A DNA stretch of 60,751 bases, counting the filler, from Sphacelaria rigidula (Eukaryota), in assembly GCA_964200075.2 (NCBI GenBank). It is 7 parts of 7 records of this genome, joined end to end, with 100 filler letters (N's around TTAATTAATTAA, not from the genome) between each part and the next. Parts side by side here need not be neighbours in the genome. Positions count along the whole stretch, not along the records: positions 43,468 to 52,059 come from CAXNAA020010656.1; positions 52,160 to 60,751 come from CAXNAA020010657.1; 5 more parts are not named here. One strand, written 5' to 3'. The notes under the pieces are model-generated. The model saw only the letters and a list, made by a program, of their open reading frames with translations, was not told the DNA's origin and made no database searches. This document shows positions 49,160 through 60,751 of the stretch, piece by piece. Position 1 is the first letter of the stretch. Every line of letters begins with the position of its first letter. The position numbers were made by a program, and so were the translations under genes.

Positions 49160-52100
49160 AACAAACGCTGTGCCATACTGTACCTGATGCACTGTGATAG
49201 CTTTGGCACCCATCGTACACATGAACGCCCTTATGCTTCAAGCCTGCTCCATCGCCAACCAAAACTCGACCCAAGGACGCCTCTCCTCCCGCGCGCCGAG
49301 GCAGCGTCCATGCCACGCCTCCAAAACCCACTGTAGCTACTACGAGATGTAAGAATAAAGTAGAAGCTAGCAGACACCCAGCCTTAGCAACCTTGCGCCT
49401 GCCAGCATCAGCTCTCGGCGCGCATCCCTCCGCTGCGTACATGCTACGGCGGCTGTGCGTTGACCTTCGAGAGGAAGGGTTCGTTTCGTGTATCGTAGGA
49501 ATGAGGTACCTACATGCATCGCCGTTTCTCCTGGAGAAGTTTGATTGTGTGCAATAATAATTGCACTGGAATGATCAGGAGTGTATATAAGTTCTACAGG
49601 TGGATATTATCCCTCGGTGGCGGGAGCAAGAGGGGCTAGAGGCCAGGGGGAAGCGACGCAGCTTTCGAGTTTGAATACAGTGAGCGACCGGCTAAATTTC
49701 TGTTCCGAATGCATCTTTATCCATGTTTTGTCATGTTCCATGTCTCTTTTGAAACATTGAGATTGATGGATTTGCGATGGGAATGATTGAGTCAAAGTGT
49801 TTTTCTTCGTCGATTGCGTATGATGTAAACAATATTTTCATTTTCAAATGATTCGCACACAACATGACCGAAGTATAATGCGGAAAGGAAATATATATAT
49901 ATATATATATATCACAAGTAAATATACATGATTGGATCATGACTCTCTCGGGGGGAATTTGCGGTGTTATATGACATAACACCGGATCAAAGGTGCTTGG
50001 GTTTGGGCATCTTCCACACACCACAGCTGGCCCTCCGCAGGGGTTTCCTCGGTGTCTGCTATGAAGTTCACAGGGTTGCTATGCTCGGCTGTGCTCGTGC
50101 CAGGTATAGCTTAGAAGTATCAAGAGAAGTCTGGATAATCTCTCTCTCTGTTCACGCTTCCCCGCATCCTCTCTTTTTGATGTACCTTGTCTGCGTTGTT
50201 GAAGGACCCATTACGTTGCACTGTGTAGCGTAGGTCTCCGACGGTTTATCGTGTACCCACGCATCTAGTTGGAGAGGAAGAGTGTTTCTTATGAATTTGT
50301 GTTGTAGGCATGCGCTTGTGTGCTTGTCTGCGCACAAAGTGAATGTCTAGATCTTGCTGCCAAACCCACTTTTACTGTACTGTCTACTCTGGTGAGATGC
50401 CTTCGCCTTACCCTACTCTTCGTACAGTATATTGGCACGGCAGAGTAGTCTGTTCCGTGACTTGTAAAACCGACACAGGAAACTGCTACGAGTACTCCTA
50501 GCTGGAGTCTGGACAAATCGCACCCAGTGCTATCATGAAATACAGTAGTACGGCACAGTACACTAGTCGGTACACGCCGACATAGTCCTAATGCTAAGAA
50601 CTTCGCCGAAATTATGGAGATGCCTACGGTGACCTCTCTTCGAACGTGGGGCATGTGAAGGTTTCCTCGCGTTTGGCATGAAAGTAGATACGATTTTTTG
50701 TTCTCAAACGCAAGTGTTCGCTGGGCATGATCGCGACCCGGAACTTGGAATTCGGTGCAAGCCGATCCTAGCGACGAATATCGTAAAATCGTATCCAGAC
50801 ATGTCGCTCGAGGTTTGAGGCTCAAAACCTAGTTTTGGGTAAAGGGACGCATCGCCATTGCCGTCCTCTCTTAACCCCACCCCCTGAAGGTAATCCGTCC
50901 TGTCCCTTTCATTCGGGCAAACAGTGGTTAGGTGTATTTGGCGAAATAATACGCCTGAAAGCGAAAAATCGACGAACTTTTCGGCACTGGGCCCACAGAT
51001 ATGGGCAAGATACATGAGTGGCAAGGTTTCTCGACCAATCAGAGTCTTTAAATACACCAAAATGCGTCGACCTTTCTTCAATCATATAAGAGATATGAGT
51101 GGGAGATAAGTCAAAAAGCAGCTTTGATTGGTCCGCTGCGACACAGACAGCTGCTACCGGCAATAAACGAGGATACAGCAGCTCCGTGCTGGCTCAGTTT
51201 GTTTGTCTCAACCTGCACGCACCCGCCTGGCGTGTCTTCCCCGATCACAGCACCCGACTATAACTGAAGTACCAAAGAAGACTCAACAGAAAGTTGTACA
51301 GCGTCACGTGACGATTGTTTCAACCTTTCTTTGTTTCGACAGCACCTTGATCCCACCCCAATTCTGTGCAGCCCGAAACGCGGCATGCAGCAGTACAACT
51401 GCTCAGGCACGCCCCAGTGCACATCGCACCGTGATCGTCGTGGAGTGTTTGGATGCCCAACAGCACAGCGAGAACTACAGCATATAAATGATGGGTTTGG
51501 AGAGCGCTTTATTCGTTTGACTCTAAACGAAACAGCCAACACAGCATGAACTTTTCAACGGTGTGTAGAGAGCACTGCGTGCCGACAACTGTATTTTCAT
51601 AGAGACGAACGGAATGACCATATGAAGCAACTCAGAACCTCCCAGCGGAGATCAAACCGTCTCCACAAAGGCCTGAAGACGCCACAGCGCAGCGACAGCT
51701 ACAGCAAACAAGACAGAGCATGAGTGTGTTTGTGCTGCAGCACAGTGGTACAGGACATGTCCCATTCGATAGTTCTTTCCCTGATTTCAGGTGGGTCCTC
51801 GATTTTTGCGCAGTGGCGATTTTCAAACGCTCGGCCATAATCGCGCTTCGCGCGAAGATATTTTAATTCACTTTGAGTTACCCCCATCTGTGCGAGGTGA
51901 TCAAACTTTTCTACAACTCGCTGGTGGCAAATACTGTGCAAAAAGCAAGAATTCCTCTCCCCCCCCCCCCTCTTTCTTGTGTTCTTGTGCAAAGGTTCTT
52001 GTGTAATGTATGGAAGAAACGTAATGAGCTACGAAAGGAAAGTAATGAGCGCCAGAATGNNNNNNNNNNNNNNNNNNNNNNNNNNNNNNNNNNNNNNNNN

Positions 52101-53585
52101 NNNTTAATTAATTAANNNNNNNNNNNNNNNNNNNNNNNNNNNNNNNNNNNNNNNNNNNNAAAAATGGATGGGGGGTCGTGTTGGGTTTTTTTTTGTTGTG
52201 TTGGGGGGGGGGGGGGGGGGTACGAGCATGAATGATTGAAAACTCCTGCGTATGAATAGATCTCTCATGAGATTTCCTCTCCCGCACCACCCCGTAGTAA
52301 CTCGTCATGATTCATAACGTGGGGAGCGCAAAGCGATGCGTGTACTGTATAGCTGTCGAAAGCTGTCGAAAGATATCCCGAGCTTGTTGTAACCTGTATT
52401 GGCCGAGTTGCGAATGTTCCGAGTACCACAAGGAGACCAACGAACATCGTGAACGGAGTATGTCAGAGTGTGCAATTTCCACCGTTTTTGTTTTGTTGTT
52501 TTTCACGCCGCGAAACCCCTGCCAACCTACGCACAGGAGATGACTTGCCAGACCTTAGCGTTGCACAGTCGCCACGCTATTCTTGTCCTGCTTTCGCAAA
52601 GAAAAATAATTAAAGTCGAGTCAACCTTTCAACCTTTTGATCGCCAGGGGTGATCGTCCGTTGGACGGGCACCATATATATATATTTCTTACCCCAGTGA
52701 CCAAGAGATTGAATCAGCCCTTTGAAGTCCCATGCTTTCTGTTCTTTATCTTCGCCCGCTGACGGTCCCGGGAGTTTTGGAGGGGTGGGTTGGGGTCACC
52801 CGTCTCTCAAAAGGGTGTAAATGTAGAGATGATGATATTTCGGGGGTCGACATGATTTGTACCACGTTCTGGGTGGAAAACCTTCACTAGCAAGCGTCAG
52901 CTTCGTAAAGCCGAAGCGTCTTTTCGCTCCGTGCACATATCCTCCAGTAGCACGCTGTTTGCTCGGCTATACCGCTATCACCATACCGCCATCGCACTGC
53001 TGCAATGTATGCGAACTGTTACTCTCTGGCTATGCCCAGGCAGTCCTGGTCCCTTCCGTGGCAGGGGTTGGCTCACGTTGAGGATGATTTCGTGATCCAC
53101 TCCAGTTCACTTCCCGTATAGCCAGTACAAAACAGTACGAAGCAATACAGTATGGTGCAGAGCTGTAGTCAGTCGGCCCGTTTCATCTGTATTATCAACG
53201 GCTACACTGTATCGTCAAGGCTTACACACAACACTCGCTGGCTCTGCGTTCTACGTTTGCCAAACTGTCTCTGGTCACTTGTTGTTGTCGCGGTCTACAC
53301 TCGACAGTCTAGCAGTCTACATTTGTTCAGCGAGCAAGAGTGGGCAGGGCAGGCAGGGTACTGACACTACAAAACGATGAGCAGCTCTATTATCAGGCGT
53401 AGGCAACAACGCTGGTGTATATCCGCGACGTTTGCGTTCACGAGCTACAGTAGTTAGTAGAGGTCATCATCTAAAACTGGCCATTTTACACCCCCTGCTC
53501 GGTCGATGTCATCGGAATTGACAGCGGTAACTTGCTTGTGTGCACCGCGAATTTTCCGCAAACTGTATGACCGATTGTCGTACGT

Positions 53586-53628
53586 TGACATCGACATCGA
53601 CACCGACATTGACATTAACATCGACATG
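53586..53628. repeat. Imperfect (GACATC)n hexamer repeat
   Basis: gacatcgacatcgacaccgacattgacattaacatcgacatg. Confidence 0.85.
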
Positions 53629-54030
53629 TACCAATATGCTGCGAATCGGGCCAGCAGTGGTAATTAGATACAAAATACAGACGTACCCAACGTGAAACAA
53701 TAACCGGGAACAATCGCTGAAGCAAACTAGAGAAGAGGGGGAGATAGAAGGGGAAACTGAGGGGAAAATATGAAAAAATAATAAACACGACAGCCTGAGA
53801 AGCAGCGAAGGTTTCGAGAAAAGTCCCTATGGGCCCGTCACAGGGGTTTGTTGAGAAGGCCATACCAAACACGCCGTGAAAGCACGTTATCAGACAGGAA
53901 CTCTCAGCCATCGTATTCTGCTGGGGGGAGACGTGAGCATAAGTACTTGAGAGTCAGAAATATGACGGGGGTGTAGAGGAAGGAAGGAAGAAATATATAA
54001 ATAAAATGTGTGTGTGTCGTCGTCCCTTCT

Positions 54031-54366
54031 ATTGTGGACGCCGGTCTACACGTTTCGGTGTATGTGGGCGCACCAGCGGGGGTCACACAGGGGGGAGATT
54101 AACACAGGGCCTTTTTATTTATTATTTGTTTTTGAGTGCCCCACCTTCCTTCTGCGGTGCTTGCCTTTTGTTTTTTAATCGCAAGATGTCTTCAGCAATC
54201 CCTTTCCCTCGTCGACCGTTGAGTCGAATTTTGTGTACCCACGACATATAGTCGCTCTCCACTGTTGGGCATGGTGTGAGAAAAAAACCCAGATCGCTCC
54301 GGGACTTGAACCCACGACCCAACCGTCAGAAGGTTACAAGGTTACCAACTGAGCCAGCAACCGGCG
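54031..54366 (-). mobile_element. Full-length tRNA-derived SINE (family S1)
   Basis: Minus-strand A box TGGCTCAGTTGG (54356-54345) and B box GGTTCAAGTCC (54312-54302); colinear with 42647-42981. Confidence 0.88.
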
Positions 54367-54599
54367 TAAAATAGAGAAGTAAGATGTGACAGAAGAACAG
54401 CCCAGCAACAAAGGAAATTATGAATAGGAAACGAAACAGAAAGTACGGGCCAGTTCACGCTCCATATCCCCAAATTCATCCTTCCGCAAACGTTCACACC
54501 AATTCTTGGAGTTGTACTTGGACAAATTGCACACATATCCTACTGTATAGAGGCATGAAGGAGCTTTCGATGAGCAGTCGTTTTTATTTTTCCGCTGGT

Positions 54600-55013
54600 T
54601 ATCGGGAATCTCTAAGTCCCGGTACTCTGGAATACTGAGTGTGTTTGGCCGTCGACACCCTACGTACCCTGGAGTACTGTGTATTTGCGATACGCCGTGC
54701 CCTGCATAGCCTTTCTACCTGAAGTACCCGATAATCGTACTCAGTACTTCAGGTTCCACACCGGGTACTTCGGGGGCGAGTACGCGAGGTATTCCATACT
54801 TTCGACACTTGGTACTCTTGGTACTCTGGAATACTGATTTTTTTTGGCTGTCGATACCCTGGGTACCCGGCGATACTGAGTACTTTTGATAGGTAGTACC
54901 CTGCACAACCTGGAAAACTGTTTATTTTCGGCGGTCGATATCCAGGGGATCCTGGGGTACGGAGTACTCCAAATACCCGGGTGATGAAGGGTACCGTACC
55001 CTAACCTACCCTG
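54600..55013. repeat. GTAC-motif-rich repeat with internal duplication
   Basis: ggtactctggaatactga...tttggc.gtcga.accct at ~54621 and ~54820; dense gagtac/gtaccc motifs. Confidence 0.65.
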
Positions 55014-55583
55014 CCCATCTTTGCCCTTTTAGAAACTATGAAAGAAAAGAGATTATTAATAACTTGATCAACTTGTTGACTTCGTAACACCTACACGCTC
55101 TTGGAATAACTTGCAATTGTTTTGATTTCTGCCAACCATAGCGATTTTCACCAGGTCATGACCAACCAGTCGGTCTCGATTTTCTTTCACATCTCCACAG
55201 CGCTTCATTTCAATTTGTGTGCTTGCGATTCTCGTACAACAGTATCGTCTTGTATTTTCCCGACAGCTCTGCCTTTTGTTTTGATTGTCCCACATGTATT
55301 CGCTATGAATACAACCGTGGTCATAGAATTGACGTGCCGAACATTGAGTGATCATCACAACTCGCTGTCGGAAACGCGAGGGTGGAGAGAGATGAAGAAG
55401 AAGCAGAGTAAACAATTCACAAAAAAACTCTACTACCGTTGCCGGGAAACATCTCACTCGGAGTTCTACCTAAATAATAACCTGTCCCTGTCTCTCTGTC
55501 TCCGTCTCTTCCTGTCACCATTACCACCACCACCACCACTACTACTACTACTACTTCTGCTACCACTGCACCCTGTAAAAACT

Positions 55584-58500
55584 ATGTCAACCTACAAGCA
55601 GAGCCTCAGCGACCCAGGCGGAAATCGGCCATCCTTTTCATCGCCACCGAGGCTGTCATCTTCATCGTCGGGTCCGTTGCCGACGATCGTAAGAAAACAC
55701 ACGGGAGAACACCAGTCCACAGATACCATAGCCGAGGAATTGGAGGATTATATAGCGGAGGAGGAGCCCAACGGTACCAGTCATAACAGTGATAGCGGAC
55801 ATTTGGGAGGTGACGGGGTGGGGGGCGTGCATGAGCCGCAGAGTTCGCTCAACAGGTATGTGTATCTGAATTTGTTGCGTGTTATATAGGATGATGGCGA
55901 GAGCACACGCGAGGAACGGGAAGGAACACCTCGCAAAGAGCTCGGTGTCATGATTTGTGTCCCCTACATGAAGGGCTCGACGATCGTGCTGTATATTTGA
56001 AAGCACCACACTACTGTAAACTATCGCAAAAGTTGAGCGTACAACAAGGCATGGTGAATATCTGGGCTAGTTCTACACGACCCCTCCCCCTCCCTTTCCA
56101 ATTCCTTCTTTTTGGCCGTGTAAAGTTGTAGACACCGGCAAAGAACCACCATGAAGCAGTAGGAAGGCCTTCTGAAGCAGCTGTATTGGGTGCAGGAGTC
56201 ATGCGCAGTACATGGAAAAGTGGTCTTTGTAAAGTTGTACCCCACACAATTCCTTGACCTTACTTTGGACCCTGTAGGGTGTGTCGCCGTCTCGAGCTGA
56301 AGCCGAGAATCACCTGCCTCACCCGTGTTTTCGTTTCTTCATCACTACATCAGTCCGATTTTCCTGACTTACCCTCGACTCGTGGGTGATTTCTGGACAG
56401 TAGTGAACATCCTTGCTCTAAGTCCAGGGACGTACTCCCGACACGTGAATAAACCTTTTTGTCGTAAGTCTGACTACATCTGACAGCCTGCTGTATTGCT
56501 TGGGTTTGTGTTACTCAGTCAGTCCCCCCGCGCTGAAGTTTGGCATGGAAATTTCTGTGTGTGGTGCACTAAATGAGAGGTATACCACCCCTTCTCACGA
56601 CTACTGTATGTATGTATGTATGTATGTATATATATATCGTGCAGCAGTTCAAACGGCGAATAAGGTCACAACCATACAACGGCTTTTTATTTTTCTTGTT
56701 GTCTAGTCTGATGGTTTTTTATCTGTAGTTTCTTCTGCGAGGAAAAAAAACGGAGACATCGCACCGCCTACGGTATACGTTTGTTTTTCCTTGCAAAAAC
56801 AAACAAACCAAATAGCATGTACATGTATGTTTCTATTTTGTAAGTACGTGTGGCTCTTGCAACGTTGGGGATCGCTATTCCCGCACGAACCAGGCTGATT
56901 GAGGAACGGGACGACGAATACCACTTGGCTCAAGGGGTAGATTTATCCCACTTGGATGTCCATAGGGACGTGGAGCACAACGCGGGCGATCCTGGTGGCG
57001 GCGGTGGGCAGTTGTCTCCGACTTCCAGGTTGTCAGGAAGCCGAAGATCCAACAGTCGGTCTCCTACTCCATCTGTTGGTGACAGGTATGCTATGGCGTG
57101 GTGTGGTGTGGTGTGGTGTGGTGTGGTGTCAATGAGTGGGTCCGTTACTGCTGTTGTTTGTTCTTGTAGGCCTGAAGGATGATGCAGGATAGATGATGCT
57201 TGTTAACCCTTTGAGAACCCTCCCCTCCCGTCCTCGGTCCAGACGCCTTAATATTTTAAGCGCTGACAAAGAAGAAGAGATGGGAAAAAAAAATACCGAC
57301 AACAACCATTTTTACGACCGGAGGCCACAGGAGGTACCACCGACATACGTCATGCTTGCACTAAAAATGTCGCCCCGGTGGGTCAGGTTGGTTCTATCGA
57401 ATGAGGGGACGCAACGGGTCAAGTATGTTCAACTTCGTGCACACAGCAGAAACCAGCACCGCGGCCTCTGGATTTCATACAACAAAGATCAGCGTGTATA
57501 TTTTCTATGTATTAGTCCCGTGTGGCACTGCGGTACACATTTGTTTAGGTGACGCACCCCACCTGAGTATCGTGCTGCAGTCCGGAGGTCGTACCCGCCC
57601 AACACACTTGTCAAGCGTGCTGAGCCACATCACAAAAACAAAGTAGTATGACCAAGCATACAGAAATCCCCTCACCACACGTGAAAGGATTGAGGTGCGA
57701 TACAGTATTTACGCGATCCACCGCCAGTTGGAAGCGGTCGCGGGTCTGAAAACCACGCCCGGGGCAAAATAGTGGTCACCGCCTGTTGGAAGCTGCAAAC
57801 GATGAACCATATGTTGTTGAAAAAACAGCACATCGAAATCAGCACTTTTCTATTGCCAGTATCAAAAGGGATTATTTCCCGTGCGTTTGAGTGCTACGCA
57901 TACGTTGTTGCTGTTATGATTGGTTTGTTCGCGCAGCATGTGTGGGCACTGTACAAGTGCCCCTTGCGTAGACCGTGTAGAAGGCCAAACTCGAAGACTG
58001 GGGGGGGGGGGGGTCGGATCATGGATCGTTTGCTTGCAGACATCGCCCTTGTGCTGCCATTCATGCGCTCGGGCTGTATCCCTGTCTGCGGCGTTGTATT
58101 CTGCTGCAAGCCAACACCGGAAATGTCTTGTGTGGACGGCAATGATCGCTGTTGTGATTGTCGCCTCTCCCCTGATACTGTTGGCTGTTTTCTAACTTTT
58201 GAACCCAATACCCGATGTAGTGCAATACGGGTATTTTGCCGCTGTTTCTCGCTGCACACTAGGTTGCAGTATGTCGACCTCACTCCTGTATGTCGTCGAA
58301 GCGTGTTCAAGTTTAAAATTGACGTGAGGCGGGGCCTGCAAACTACAAATTCGCGTCTAGGCCGGACGAGCTCATATGCAGCGCAGTTTTGTGCGTGCGG
58401 TAGTACAGTATCTGGTGTTTGCTGATTTTTGAGTCGCACGGCACACGCACACTGTGTCTTGTAGTTCACGTATAGGGTACACGTTTCTGTCACGCCGATA

Positions 58501-59509
58501 TCTTTGATTCACTTCGGCTTAGTGTCTTGTACGATGCAAGGGGCAAAATATGGGAGTTGATGATTGGACAGTTTCACACATTTGTTTCGCCCATGCTGAG
58601 GCATTGCTCTGTGTGCTGTAAGTAGCCTTCATGCCAGCGTTCCGGCGGGCAGTGGATGGTGAACTCGAGGGCCCACCGCGATCAATTTGTCGGTTTCCAA
58701 CGATGAACTTCTACGCGGTACATGTTTTAGTGACCCTGAAAAGCTTGTTTTTTGCGCAAGGAATTGTTGAAAAGTCGCCAACTTTTATGCGGTCCGAGTA
58801 CACAGTTTCGCCCGCTCGACGACTTGTTTCTTATTAGTAGTGTGTATGCGTTATCGTATAGGACACATGGAATGAAGCTAAGGGATGAACATCATAGCCG
58901 TATATACGCAGTAGTACACCTTGGTACGGTACACCGCACCCATCTTGTCGCACGAAAGCCCTCCGAAGTATGTTATATACCATTCCTCTCGACACGGAGT
59001 TCACTCTGCAGCACACGAACAAGCAAGCAGATGGATGACCCCCCGGCTGAACCTGCTGCACCTGTTGTACCTGTTGCACATGTACCACGAGTGAGAGAGA
59101 CACTTGCCCATGTTTTGCTACCCGACGTACATACATGCACACAGGCGTCGAATGAGCTCGTGCGGACATAGAGGCAACTCTCCACCCCCAACCTCAGGGC
59201 CCTTCTCGCGACCAAGATCCAGATCGCGCTCTCCTCGCCACACACATCGCACCAGCATGGGCGGCGGCGCTCCCGGCGCCTCCTTGGAGGGCGTCGGGGG
59301 CAGCTTGGGGATGTCTCGATTGCGGAAGGAACACAGTCGGCGCAGCACCATGGGGTTCGATCAGAATGGTGCGGCTCCGTTCGAGCGAGAGCAGCCGTTG
59401 CTGGCGAACGACCTGGGCGACAGCAGCAGGTCGGAAGAGGTTGCTGAATGGAGCGAGAACGAAGCGTCCGCGGAAGCTGGCGTGGGTGAGGAGGATGACA
59501 AGACCGCTG
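55584..59509 (+). CDS. Unidentified protein with disordered Ser/Gly/Arg-rich region, exons 55584-55855, 56894-57085, 59145-59509
   Basis: GT-AG junctions with consistent phases (2, 2, 1) and no stops. Exon 1 may instead begin at a cag acceptor near 55601. Confidence 0.75.
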
Positions 59510-60593
59510 GTGGGTGTCTGTGTGCTTGGTTGCCTGCCTCCCCGCCTGTTTTCTTGCTTGCCTGCCTGCCTGCTTGCCTGCCCGCCTGTCAGTATAAAAA
59601 TGGAGGTAAAGGGCAGAGTAGTAAGTGGCTACACCGTATTTGGGTGACACGGACCAGAGGGGGTACAAGGAGAGTGTAACTATCTCATTGGAGCTACGGT
59701 AAAGCACTGGTACCTACACCCGAAACAGACGCCTTTGTTTCCTGTTGTCTTTCTCGTCCACGTGTATGGATTTTTTGAATATCATCTGTGCAACGCGGCC
59801 GCTTTTTTCTATCATTGAGGGGCGTGTGAGTGTAGCCAATACAGCTACTGTGGATAACGTTTGAACATTTACATAGATCGCTATGATGGTTCCTGTTGGG
59901 AAATAGCATGAGAGGTGGACGGGGGTAGAAGAGGGGGTGTAAAGTCAAGCAGAAGACTTGAGGGTGTGGGCCAAAAACATACCGACTCCTGTCTCCGCTG
60001 TTCATATTGTGAGGTGGTCTTGCCCGTCTTTTCGACGCGTCTAGTTGCTATGCCAGGCGTCGTTACGTGTGCAGTCTGGTTGCTTTTGTCATGGCGCCAC
60101 CACAAGAACAAACCACAACAGCAACGCTCAATGTTTGTTGCTGCTATGAGTAAGGACGATTCTCAATGCTTGTCGTGGCTACGATGCATTCATCCCGCGA
60201 GGGCTATGTTTGTTGCGTCTGGAGTCTGGAGCCGCATGACTCGTGGCACGATTGTCATGATCATTTTCTTTTTCGGGGCCCCAACTTCCGTCACTTGGAC
60301 AGGGCGGAGAGAGGACAAGACAGAGGGTATTCAACAAGAGGAGGGGTTATTGGCTAGAGGTCAGTTGTTTGGAGGTGAAGATGACGCATGTACCTTCTCA
60401 TCGAAGTCGTCGCGGACGGAAAAAAATATGGCGCGCGTTGCATGTCGTTCGTGCACGGTTGCGAGTGACTACACTACCCTTCTACTCTACTCTGGTGATG
60501 TTTTCCATGTGTGCAGTGCGTTAAGTGCCTTATCCGGCTAGGTCCGGGTATTTTTGTGCACCGGATCTCCCCGCTATCCCTTCCCACGAAGTG

Positions 60594-60730
60594 AGTGCTC
60601 CGTCTCGAAAGGGACGCGTGGTCAATGGTCAAATGACCAAGGCACTCAACAAATGACCTCCCCTCCCCCCCCTCTCCCGAAGCCTGGTCCGGCGAGAACC
60701 CGGCGTGCTCCGTCCCGGCTTTGTAGGGGC
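60594..60730 (+). mobile_element. High-copy dimeric interspersed repeat (family D)
   Basis: gtgctccgtctcgaaagggacgcgtggtcaatggtcaaatgac...C-tract...gtgctccgtcccggctttgtaggg. Other pieces at 1-74, 1056-1106 (-), 2781-2824, 8088-8190, 19060-19085 (-), 21409-21492 (-), 25490-25533 (-), 26082-26148, 34775-34826 and 43468-43540. Confidence 0.85.
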
Positions 60731-60751
60731 GGACCCCGGATGGGGTTGGCG

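Noticed and set aside
54290-54366. Functional tRNA gene (also 42647-42720, 35129-35203)
   Set aside because: A/B boxes are present but no full cloverleaf or acceptor stem forms; two of them continue into a shared SINE body.
57772-58493. Overlapping ~200-aa ORFs on both strands
   Set aside because: Cys/Arg-rich random-like composition, no motifs, and they lie inside the intron between phase-compatible exons.
1-60751. Functional linkage or regular 8.7-kb periodicity among the genes and elements
   Set aside because: The periodicity comes from length-sorted contigs joined by identical synthetic spacers; adjacency across spacers has no biological meaning.

Overview
The window is not one locus. 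It is seven unrelated contigs of near-identical length (8594, 8594, 8593, 8593, 8593, 8592, 8592 bp: 1-8594, 8695-17288, 17389-25981, 26082-34674, 34775-43367, 43468-52059, 52160-60751), joined by artificial 100-nt spacers (N44-TTAATTAATTAA-N44). The DNA is intron- and repeat-rich eukaryotic nuclear sequence, probably from a brown alga or related stramenopile (inferred from short exons, kb-scale introns, a bipartite plastid-targeting presequence and the repeat types). Host gene fragments recovered by hand splicing are UTP14 (4 phase-consistent exons), a USP47-like deubiquitinase (2 exons), a front-end Delta6/Delta8-type desaturase (2 exons), a J-domain exon, the first exon of a plastid-targeted protein, a coiled-coil protein with a GC-AG intron, and a disordered protein (3 exons). 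Mobile DNA includes a degenerate Ty1/Copia element with candidate 5' LTR and half-tRNA-type PBS, a degenerate RTE-like LINE whose RT core is internally inverted, tRNA-headed SINEs, a Harbinger-type MITE, a high-copy dimeric repeat and many foldback elements. The most unusual structure is a ~3.1-kb non-coding alternating palindromic array in contig 4 with two hairpin centres; arm identity is highest next to its main loop and decays outward. Most ORFs in the supplied track are spurious. All family assignments are motif recognition by eye; no searches were run.
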